Assembly: GCA_964234715.1 (NCBI GenBank) | Contig: OZ174278.1 | From: Podarcis melisellensis | Lineage: Eukaryota | Length of the DNA stretch: 64,000 bases | Reading direction: 5' to 3' (one strand) | Part shown: positions 35,901 to 45,400 of the stretch, piece after piece | Numbering within the stretch: the first letter of the stretch is position 1 | Layout of the letters: each line of letters begins with the position of its first letter | Notes under the pieces: generated by a model | What the model saw: the letters and a program-made list of their open reading frames with translations, nothing else | What the model was told of the DNA's origin: nothing | Database searches by the model: none | Made by a program: the position numbers and the translations under genes

Positions 35901-36517
35901 TACTGCCTGAGCAATGGCTGTAACTTCAGTGCAGGGAGCGTTTATCCCCTCAAATAACCCTGATATCTACTTTCAGCAATGCCTTATCATTTCTTGACCC
36001 TTTCCTCAATTTATTTTTTCCTGTCTCTACTAGTGCTACAGTATACATCTCCACTATTGTATCTCCCAGAGTATACGTGATAAAGTGGTGAAATAGAAAC
36101 TATCCTCAACAGCAAAGATATTCCATCCTATGGGCGGGGGGGGGGGAGAGAGAGAGAGAGAGGGAGAGACTAAAGTCACAATTAAAAGATAGTGCTGGTC
36201 CTGGTAAAGGGTTTCCCACTAACAGAAAATTGTGCATTTTCCCCCTGTCATGCAAAAATGTCTTTGTTGTCTTTAAATTGTGGCCTTTAAGAATCCAAAC
36301 AGAAAACACTGTCCAGCAGCAGATTTCTGTTTGCATGACCATCGAAGTAACTTGAGTAAATTGAGTTTGTAACTCTTGTTGGTTAGTTAACTTTATGTCA
36401 TAAAAAGTCATGTCAAAGAACCATATCCACATTACTGACTTTCAAAATTTGTTTTCCAGTGCCCCTAAAAAAGGAGTTTTTGTTAACTTCAGCAAAATCA
36501 TTATTGCCTGGGAATAA
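19923..36517 (+). CDS. Uncharacterised coiled-coil protein with a C-terminal CAP-Gly domain (10 coding exons, about 670 aa)
   Basis: join(19923..20601,20932..21050,23485..23646,25669..25756,26544..26719,27415..27622,29233..29358,31150..31309,33642..33878,36460..36517). All introns are GT-AG and all phases are compatible; 2013 nt, open to TAA. The C-terminus is a recognisable CAP-Gly domain. Confidence 0.8.
20616..20826. mobile_element. 211-bp insertion flanked by a 24-bp direct repeat that includes the splice donor
   Basis: cataactcaggtaactaggacaat (20592-20615) versus cataacttaggtaactaggacaat (20827-20850). Confidence 0.7.
20866..20893. repeat. (GAAT)n microsatellite
   Basis: Directly visible. 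Confidence 0.9.
20932..21050 (+). CDS. CAP-Gly gene, coding exon 2 (AADRKDSSLTDQLW...YHHK)
   Basis: Acceptor ctttttcag|cag (NAGNAG), donor AAG|gtatta; phase 1->0. Confidence 0.75.
21136..21335 (-). mobile_element. CR1 LINE 3' tail fragment
   Basis: acataagag...ccagcaactggtattcaga...catcgccatcatggcaagtagcc, similar to the copy at 23.7 kb. Confidence 0.6.
22042..22231 (+). pseudogene. Candidate disabled (pseudo)exon of the CAP-Gly gene
   Basis: Polypyrimidine tract, then ctag|GTT GCT GCA... reading VAAAAAAQAVPLDNSLAFWPDDG*, and donor GAG|gtaaaa. 190 nt with stops in all three frames. Confidence 0.4.
23485..23646 (+). CDS. CAP-Gly gene, coding exon 3 (STKKGRSPAMSEF...KPYGK)
   Basis: Acceptor cccttttttgttag|, 54 open codons, donor AAG|gtgaac; phase 0->0. 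Confidence 0.7.
23679..24270 (-). mobile_element. CR1 LINE 3' fragment
   Basis: ataagaacataagaag tail; minus-strand MIDVYKITRGMEKVDRERSFS is a remnant of the CR1 ORF2 C-terminus. Confidence 0.85.
24866..25062. repeat. Perfect inverted repeat: 93-bp arms with an 11-nt spacer
   Basis: 24866-24958 is the exact reverse complement of 24970-25062. Confidence 0.95.
25669..25756 (+). CDS. CAP-Gly gene, coding exon 4 (EIEFLKEELS...ILQQQI)
   Basis: Branch-point-like ctaat, T-tract, aag|; donor G|gtatga; phase 0->1. Confidence 0.75.
26544..26719 (+). CDS. CAP-Gly gene, coding exon 5 (coiled coil NLKSQITDLQEANETAVLELAKADEEISQLKNEMAQLK...)
   Basis: Acceptor cacag|, heptad-like sequence, donor ATG|gtaagg; phase 1->0. 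Confidence 0.85.
27415..27622 (+). CDS. CAP-Gly gene, coding exon 6 (coiled coil ...LHEEICELRAESRRLREIGHQLNEENHRMKEELWDVKRKYE...)
   Basis: Acceptor ccccctctaaag|, donor GATG|gtaaag; phase 0->1 matches the next exon. Confidence 0.85.
29233..29358 (+). CDS. CAP-Gly gene, coding exon 7 (EKLQEHSRKNASSPSS...ENRDLK)
   Basis: Acceptor ttttatctag|, donor AAG|gtatgg; phase 1->1. Confidence 0.75.
29911..29975. repeat. (ATT)n microsatellite followed by (AGAATT)3
   Basis: Directly visible; abuts the tail of an L2-type element. Confidence 0.9.
29973..30295 (-). mobile_element. L2/CR1-group LINE 3' fragment
   Basis: aaggcctggttaaagaggaatgtttttgcctggcgcc...gggagagcatttcacagatgggaagccactgcagagaaggccc; minus-strand remnant WLPICEMLSP. 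Confidence 0.65.
31150..31309 (+). CDS. CAP-Gly gene, coding exon 8 (Ser-rich linker DDASEEVTEASSS...YYPNR)
   Basis: T-tract then atcaag|, donor AG|gtaaga; phase 1->2. Confidence 0.75.
33642..33878 (+). CDS. CAP-Gly gene, coding exon 9 (most of the CAP-Gly domain)
   Basis: RRPFAPRNVTDLKVGNLVKFSCPAGKISKGTVKYLGPLLGREEDYLGIELEGDQIGRHDGTFQGTRYFL; acceptor tttatcccag|, donor TG|gtaaag; phase 2->2. Confidence 0.92.
35071..35137 (+). mobile_element. Very short Bov-B 3' end inserted in a (TA)n tract
   Basis: gaagacagaagtgcctggcccgctctggtccttggggtcacgaagagtcggacacgactaaacgac, flanked by TA repeats. Confidence 0.8.
35729..35837. mobile_element. Degenerate palindromic hAT-type MITE
   Basis: tccagatgttgctaagctacaactc ... 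gagctgtagtccagcacctaga, similar to the MITEs at 37.5 and 46.9 kb. Confidence 0.55.
36460..36517 (+). CDS. CAP-Gly gene, last coding exon (CAPKKGVFVNFSKIIIAWE*)
   Basis: Branch point ctgac, acceptor gttttccag|; completes the CAP-Gly YFxC...GVFV motif; TAA at 36515-36517. Confidence 0.9.
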
Positions 36518-36687
36518 CGATTCCACTACATCCTGAACAATGAATGCATGGACTTTAAAGCCTTCCAATATATTGTGCTTCTGCTGCAAAGAAGAAACAA
36601 AGTGTTTAGAACTCTGTTCATCAGTGTATTTCTTCCATTTTTATCAAGTTGTATTTGAGCATTTTATAGTATTGTATTTTTTTGTAA

Positions 36688-36693
36688 AATAAA
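36688..36693 (+). terminator. Poly(A) signal of the CAP-Gly gene
   Basis: First AATAAA about 170 nt after the stop, preceded by a U-rich upstream element. Confidence 0.65.
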
Positions 36694-37449
36694 ACTAGTT
36701 GTACTATTACTGAAAATGCAAACAGCAAACATCTGGACTCAAGTCATAATAGGTATGAATTCCCCCAATGAACTGATTTAAAACAGTTTATTTTCCTTTC
36801 CATGTAGAGCAATCAAGCTTATGATTGCTTACATGTTTTTACAGAGAATGGAAACACATGAACAAAGTGGTAAACAAAAACAGCTGAAGTGATTTCCATG
36901 ATTTTCCATTAGGAAAAATATGCAATCATAACTGCAGATACAGTTGTCATAACAGAGTGCCTGGCAAGAGTTGGAACCTTTTCCTGATAGCAGTAGTAAT
37001 AGAAAAGTCCACCTAAGTACGAAGGAGCTGGTATATCTGACTAGGCATGAGAATTTATTATTCACTGGTAGTAAAAATGGACCTAGCTTACATTGTTTGG
37101 AATTTGATATTTATCAGCCATAGGTTCAAAAGACATGATTACATATATTTTATCTACCAAGCTCCTAATTCATCACTTGGCTTGAACTGGTACTTGGACC
37201 TGCTGAATCTATGATGAAATAGTGAAGTGACATCATAAAATGGCAACAATAGCAGCTCCAAGTATTATAAACAAGGATTTTGCCCAGCCGTAGCTAAGAG
37301 TCCTTTGGCTCTTGTGCTTCAGCTCAGATCATAGGCAAGGCACTGGGCTTATATTACCTAAGGGAGACAAAAAAACAAGGCACCTGAAACAGCCCCAGCT
37401 GATTAACTTCAGGCCTCCCTTGCACTACTCATATTAACATTATCTAAGT

Positions 37450-37585
37450 CAGTGTTTCCCAACCTTGGGCCTCCAGCTGTTTTTGGTCTACAACTCCCAT
37501 CATCCCTAGCTAGCAAGACTAGTGGTCAGGGATGATGGGAATTGTAGTTCAAAAACAGCTGGAGGCCCAAGGTTGGAAAACACTG
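37450..37585. mobile_element. 136-bp palindromic hAT MITE
   Basis: TIRs CAGTGTTTCCCAACCTTGGGCCTCCAGCTG... / ...CAGCTGGAGGCCCAAGGTTGGAAAACACTG; perfect 8-bp TSD ATCTAAGT (37442-37449 and 37586-37593). Confidence 0.9.
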
Positions 37586-38809
37586 ATCTAAGTTACCCTC
37601 TGCCCTGTCCAAAACTACCTGCAAGTAAGTTCTCACGGCAAACACTGAATCTAAAATGATTTTATGGTAATAGTGCCTTGGCTTTGGTTCCTGTGTAAGA
37701 CAGAATAGTTAAGGATACAGCCTGAGGGAGCAGATTTTTGCTAAAGAGGGCAAGATCCTTTAGCTCACTCTGGATCTCAGCCATGCTGAAATGTTAGCTA
37801 GCAACCTATAGAAGCAGCTGATGGTGTGCTTAGTTGCACCTTGTGACTGAAATGTGGAACCCTGAAGATTACAAAGCAAGAGTTTTTAATGGTTAAGGTG
37901 TCATTTCTTATCTAGCAACCAAATTTATTCTTTCTGCAACAACCTAGGAATTTGATATAGATACCTTTATGTAACTCCCATGCATGATCAAATGTGAAAT
38001 ATCTGCATTGGATATTAAATGCAAGAATTCCTTTAGCAACTATAATTCAAAAACTTCTGATGTTCATAAACAATGAGACACCATTGATAACCAGGTACCT
38101 AATTTTGACTTTTTTGGAGTTCCACAGGTTCACTGGAAACTGACAAGACCAAAATACCTTTTTTTTTCTTCACGGTGGAGATCCAAGTTTAATGTAGTCA
38201 CCAAACAAGATAGGTACTGATTTTCGGGTTAGAATGTATAATACAGCAGTTACTTATGGAGAAAGAATCCGCATGAAGCTGATAGAGTAGATGACACAGC
38301 AAGAAGTATTTTAAAAGGTTTCTTACTACATATGGAAACAAATGCAGGATGTTACATTTTCTTAGTTTATTGATTTTTTATTTTATTTTAGGAAACTGCA
38401 GCTCCCAGTATATGTCATTCCGAGGTCCCATGCATGCATAGCCTCTTAATGCCTTTACACATTTCATCTTGCAGTAATTGTTTCCATTCACAGCATACAT
38501 AAATCTAGAATGTAAGGAACACCCTATTTACAGGATTTCAAAAGATCGTGGTTTTGTTTTATAGTGAAAAAAATTAACAGGACTTCAACAGGGCAAAAAG
38601 TATAGATCAGATACATTGGCTTTGTCACAGATAACACAATTCAAAAGTTTGTTCAAAGGTCTTGAGAATTAGAATATTGCTTGACTCTTGGCCTTTGGTC
38701 GTTTCAAAAACAAGAAGACCTCTCAGTAATAACAGAAACAAGATGTCAATAGCTCAAATACATATCAACTTCGAACAATTATTTGGAAAGACAGATAGCA
38801 CACAGAGGC

Positions 38810-41800
38810 AGCATTGGCTATAATATGCATTTATTTCCGCGCACATTTTCAGCTCTCTGTAGACTCATAGCACCTGAGCAGGTGACAGAGGAATTGAGAG
38901 TCCGGCTGGATACTTCAATAACTACACTGTAAAATTTTGTATTTCAAATTACATGTTTCAGGCTTCTTGTGTTAAAAGTTTATCAAGCCAAGATCACAAT
39001 ACCATTAGCCATCAGCATGTTTAAACTTTTCATCATCTCTTTAAAATTAAAAAAAAAATTGTCTTCAAAAAGACTAAATCCAAGAAATTTTAAAGAGATT
39101 TATAATCAAAGGGGTGGGGAAGTGAAGGAACAGTACATAAATGGAGCATAACACAACTGAAATAACATTGACTTAGTAGTATGACTGAGACCAGCTCTTT
39201 AAAAAATATACTTGCTTCACACATCTGCCATAACGGGGGAAAACACACATACCACAGACACACAAACACACTTCTCAAGTTGATCTATTTCACAAAACAT
39301 TTTCTCGTTGCTTTCTTAGCCCCTCCTTTCCTACACAAGCTAGCTTGATAGCAATATCATATATCCAAGTACAGGATTTAATTTTTGTATGCTATAGTAT
39401 ATTCCAATGTTTTCCACAAGCTATTCTATTGACTAAAACTTGGAGGAGCTTTTATATTTTATATGGAAAGGGAAATCATTTTACCAGCAGTTAAATATAA
39501 AACAGGCATTTATAAACAGACATTTACTTGAGAAACTGGACATTCTTGAATAACTAGCATCCAATAAGGGTACTCCCTGTACTGACCCAAGTTCTATGGG
39601 CAAGGAAAAGACCAGCTGTTACTAAGAAGTAGTGCATTTTAAATATTCATGATGACCTCAAATGCCCATCACACACAGATGTGCACATTCGAAGTTGTAT
39701 ACATTGCACTGCATTTAGTATCATGGGGTCTTTCACACATTAACCAAAGGTTTTATGCAATCAACATTTATTCTGGCACAACCTAAACCCACTTTGGTTG
39801 GTGTCACCTATTCACAAGTGAATTCCAAGTGGAAATTGATACCTAATGCTCGTATATAACTTCCAGATGAAAATTAGTTTTATTACCATCATCAGTTTTA
39901 CAGTGTGGATATTTACAACAGTTTTGCAGCAGCTTTTTTGCAGCATGTACACTAGTTTTGCTTTTGTTTGATTTTTTTTTTGCAGAATCAACGAGTGTAA
40001 CTGATTAGTTTAACGTTTTCTCCTAAGAATCAACATGACCACTAGCTACCATCTCCCCCACAACAAACTATGTTCTCACCTTCTACTCCACAAGTAAAAC
40101 TATGAGTAAAAGGAAATAGGTCTCCATAACAACACGGTCACAGATCCACCATGCAGTACTGCAATTTATATATGTATCTTCCCTGTTATCTCCCATTAGT
40201 CAGAAAATACTGTTCACACAATATAGAAATAATACGTGCAGTAGAGCATTCCCTACCAAAAAAAATGAAACAGGGAAAGCCTAAAAGCACAGAGCTGTAT
40301 GCTTACAGCAAAGACCCTGTAGGACTTACACTGACTGACTTCAGAAAGCATGCACTTATAGTGGATTGCACCCAGAAGTGATAGGTCAGCACTCCCCAAC
40401 CAAAAACCATTAAAGTCACACAGGTGTGAAAAAAGTGGCACATACCTTTCAAACATGCTCTCTACTCATAACTCAAATGACTTCAGTTTCCTCACCAATG
40501 GCAGCACCTAATAGTGCCAAACGGGAGCTTATGTTCAAAGAAGGCAAGAGGATCAATATGAAATCATGGCAAGTGTTACAAACAGATGATGCAATTTAAC
40601 TGAAAAACCCAATGCTTCTTATCTCTTTGTTTTTCCATTTCCTAAAAACAAAACAATTCCATAACTGAATTCTTAATTAGAGCAGCAGAATTCTTAAAAT
40701 TTCATCAGGACGTTCAGCAGTCATATTTGTAAGTGTCAAAATCATGACTTTAGAAAAGAAATCTCAACACTGGTTCCTTTCATTTCACTGTGTTCCTTTG
40801 CTGTTTGATATAAATCAATAAGATTTTACATACCAGATAAATTCCACTTTGCATGGACAACCTCTACATCTTATTACATGGGCAAGATGTGAAACTTGCT
40901 TGCACAAGGTGCAAGTATTTGGAGTAATATAATTGAAGAGTGCAAGAAATTACACACATTGTTCCAGTGCTTTATCAGTGAGGAAAAAACAGTCTGACTG
41001 TTCTTGAACAGTTTTATTATAGAATGACTCAACTTCAAAACCAAGAAACCTTCACAAAAGAGTGCTTTATTTCAGCAACCTAGCACTCAAACAAATCAAA
41101 CATCCTCTTTATAATAATCAGATGCATAAAAGTACCAGTACAATTCCACTCTGTTTTGTTTTGTTTATGCCTATTAACTGCCCAATTTTTTTTTATTAAA
41201 AAAATGCATTTAAAGATCTGCTGCTCTTACTAATTAATACAGACTGGTTTATTGACAGTGTGCAAATAAACCTTTATTGAAGAGCTAATATTGATTACTG
41301 TTTTTCAGCTAAATCAGAATGGGGGCACAAAGTACCTTCTGTGCTGTAAACATAATGAATTCTTCACATAATTGGAAGCTGAAAAGGCCTAAGGAAAAGG
41401 GTGCAAACACTTCTCATACATAACAATGGCTGAGCTCAAGTCTTCCAAAAAGAATTTGGAATAGTTCTGCATTTGGCATACGTCCACTCTACTGTCATCA
41501 AGCACAGTTTTAAGGGAACGTCGTTTATAAAAGCATAATTTACTTTTAGCTTTAAAACACAATGGCCTAATAAAAGCATGCAGCACTATTTTTTTCCTCT
41601 GTAATATGATATAATTACTTAATTACCAGTGTTAACATGACTTGGTGAGTGCTGTACAAGCAAAAGGGATTGTAAAATCACCTCTGATTGTACTCTATAA
41701 ATAAGGCTCATACAGTACGTCTCCCTCCTCACCATGATCCACAATTTCAAAACAGCATTTGTGTAGAATTAAATTACCCTGAAAAAAGCAGCATTTACAA

Positions 41801-42341
41801 ATATCCTCATTTTTTACTTTTTTTGCCCACCCCCACCTCCCCCCCCCCAAAAAAGAAAAACACCTTCCTTCTTTTTCAGTAGTTTACAATCTGGAAACAT
41901 AGGGAGTCTTTGTTTTCCAAACGGCTGTGGCCAGATTATCAGATCTGGTTCTTCACAGTTTGTCTGGATACCTGTAACACTTCACACCACAAAGTAATAG
42001 TTCTATGCTTATAAAAATATATATATATATGTAAGGGCTACTACCCAGCAAATGTAATTATAGGGGCTAGAACAGCAGCAATCATCTGATTCCTTATACA
42101 TTCTTCACAGAGGGAATCCATTTTGGGTATCCTTTCAGTCTTGCTCAACGCAGTGGGATAAGAGTATTTTCCCCAAACTAATATTTAGTGCAGCATGAAT
42201 GGAAGGGGGATCTCTCCCTTATAATTTGAAATAATTGGCTGGCAAACGCCTGGCAGATGACTGAAAGGTGTCTCATATATTCGTCTCCTATGGCTGTGTC
42301 CTCAAGAGCCTGTTTTTAATCCAAAGCAGACCTTTATAGAT
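38810..42341 (-). other. TAB3: TAB3 3' UTR (at least 3.5 kb; may extend to about 36770)
   Basis: AT-rich block with no recognisable repeats downstream of the stop; AATAAA on the minus strand at 38830-38835, with further candidates including 36787-36792. Confidence 0.55.
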
Positions 42342-42490
42342 TCAGGCATACCGAGGCATTTCACATTGCTCACAGCGATTCATTGCTGGGTGGTTTAAAA
42401 AAGTACAGCTCTTACAATTCCACGGAGCTCCTTCAAAGTCTTCGTCTCTTGGCTGTGATCGTGGAGCTTGTTTGGAACTTCTCTGATGAT
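42342..42490 (-). CDS. TAB3: TAB3 last coding exon (NZF / RanBP2-type zinc finger)
   Basis: [49 protein letters not shown]. Confidence 0.97.
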
Positions 42491-45400
42491 CTACAGAGAA
42501 AATTTTTCTTTTAAACTCTTCAGTTTTAAAACATACCAAAGCCATGCATGATAATATAATAAGACTACTGAATTTTTAACATTTTGGAACCACATTGTTA
42601 TCCACCTCTGATTTTACCGTTGTTCCCAGGGGAGGCCAAAACACACAAAATATTTCAGTTATAAAGTGTTTCTTAGACATAGTCTACATCCCAGCATTAT
42701 GAGGCTATGTCAGAGCATAGTATGGGAGCCCAGTCTGGAAGATATCACTACTAAGGTGTGGGCTAACATTAAACACTAGCATTTACTTCTTGCTCTTCTT
42801 TGCAAGGAGGAGGTGGACCAGGGCAGCTTCTGAATGTATACCAAACATTACTCTGGTCCCCTAGATGTTCAGCATGATACAGAGCATTACCACTGCCATA
42901 ACTTCATTATATCATTAATTATTCTATAGCATCTACAAATCCCTATACTGCATTACTTTCATACCTACTTCATACCTTATTGTTTCAGTCATGTGTGAGA
43001 CGAATCTATTTACACCAGAATGAATTTGTCACAGTAAGATTTGGCGCAAAACCACAAAGTTAAGCCAAGGATAATTTGCTTACTCAAATGTCCTATGTTT
43101 TCCATGCTGTTCAAATTTTGCCACTAGATATCAAGAGAGGCTTTAATGTTGCCTCTCTTTCATGCTCTCAATTCCTCACAAACGGCTTACTACCCTTACA
43201 TTAGCAAGCATTTTTTAGGGTGATAGCAAAATGAATGTAGGGAGAAGTATGTAGTACGTATGTCCTGTGTCTTCCATAAAAGGTTAAATGATGCAACATC
43301 AGTGTTTAAACATTCATGCTACACTATCAAAGCACTATCAAATTACTGTAGCTAATACTTGGCAGAAAGCCACAAACATTCTTTTGTGTATTATTTTAGC
43401 ACTTGGCACCAAGTACTTTAGGTTATATAATGTGCACCCTCTATTCTTCTGAAAATATCCATAGGGCTGACTTATGGCAATCACATTTCACAGATTTATT
43501 TTTAAGCTGTGTTAGTTTTCCCAAATGACTGTAGGTTGTCCAATAGAGCCACGGTGACATGATGATAAGGGTTTAGGTGAACAGAAATTTCTGTAAGATG
43601 TGTCCAACTATAATGAACATGAAAAGCAGGGGAGAGGAAAGAAAAGAGACAGGAAGATTAATTGATTCATTATTTGATCACACGTTCATCAGAACTGGCC
43701 ACTTGGGCTTTCACACTGCCAGTTCTCACTGTTTTCAGCCCTGAATTTGTCCCTGCTACAAGAGGGGCTTTCCCAGTGGAGATACAGGAGGCAGATCACA
43801 CTCAAATGTTAGAAGGGCAGGGTAGGGAAGAAAGACAGTAACACTTCTGTAGTTGCAGAGTTGTTGTTTTTTCTCCTAAGCAGACAAAATTGCAGCAGAG
43901 GTAACAGGGACAGATAGAGAGTGGGGAACTGCTGAGCAAAAGAAGAAACCAGTTAGGAGAAGGTGCTGCACTTAAATAACATAATTTGTACAAGCTGGGA
44001 AAATAATGGTACATAAAGCTGAAAGCGCAAAATCATCTTAATCAAGAAAGAGCTATCTTTTAAAAAAAGGTGAACATAAAATACAAAGCTGATTGTCTGC
44101 TACTTTTCACAATACCCTACTTCATGCATAAACATAATCTAAATGTGTCATGAAATGGTCGTTTATACTGTTCTAACTATTTCTGTATTCACAATACATC
44201 AGGCTAAGTGGTTTTTCCATACACCACTTGTACAGCATATAATAATGAATGGCAAAATATGTTTCACAAGACAACAGTCTCAACAAATCTATTATTAGAT
44301 ACAACACACTGAAATACTAATACTCAGCATAAAAATTCTTCAGCAGCGATCTACTAGAAACTAAATATTGAACATTTTATTAGCGACTCACCTTTTTTAA
44401 ATGGCTTTGGTGGCACAACAGGACCAGGCTCTATATGATCATAAAAGTTAGTCATGGCTTTTGGGTCAAAGTTCCCTAAAACAGAAAAACAGAAAAATTA
44501 TGCTCCCCATGGAACAAATAGTAACAAAAGTGACTAGCCTTAGTTCACATGCATGTTTTCAATGTGAGAGATGTTGACAGCCTACACTGTCTCCTTCAGG
44601 TTTTTGTCTTGACTTTCCTGTCATGGAAGTCTGTGGAATTTCCTCCTCACACCAGTGCATCTGGCACCTTCATCTGGCAGCTTTCACTGTATGCTGAAAA
44701 TGCACCTCTTTACACTGGCCTTTGGCACCTGATATTAATAATTTTAGGACCCACCCTATTCTTCAGATTCTAAGTTATTTTAACGGATTTTAATATTGTA
44801 TTCTTACCCTGCTGTAACCTGCCTTGGGACCTTATGGTGAGTTAGCAAAGGATAAGTTTTTAAAATCAATCAGTAAGTAAACAATGCCTTGCTCTTTGAG
44901 GAGACTGTGTTTTCAGGGTGAAAAGGCTGTGTCTGTTTTGTAATTAAAAGTGCAATTCCCTGGAACACTGTCAGAATCAGCTTTTGCAAGTGCCCTTTTC
45001 AAATTACAGTATACTCCTTATTAAAAGGAACAAAAAAAAAATTTAAAAACCACAACGTTTAACAAAACTGAATTACCCAGCATCCAACAGCATAAATAAC
45101 TGGCAAAGAGAAAACAACTGCAGGTTTATATCACTTTGCACTAGATATAGAACAGTCAAAACATGTCAGTAATGTGCATGTCAGTAATGTGCATGAGTCA
45201 CATTCATTTGTGTATTGTATTGTTTTGCTTTCCTTTGGGCCTCATTGGCAAAGACACAGGGGGCGGGTCATCTGGGCAGCCCAGGACCTCCATATACACT
45301 ACCCAGGCTTGTGCCCTGGAGAGATCACTTTGGTGATGCAAATGCTGCAAAAAACACCATGGTCTAAGGTACAAGCACTAGGGGTTGCCTTTGTCGGCAG

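Noticed and set aside
33642-42490. Functional link between the CAP-Gly gene and TAB3/NF-kB by analogy with CYLD
   Set aside because: No USP domain is visible, and vertebrate gene adjacency is not evidence of a shared pathway.
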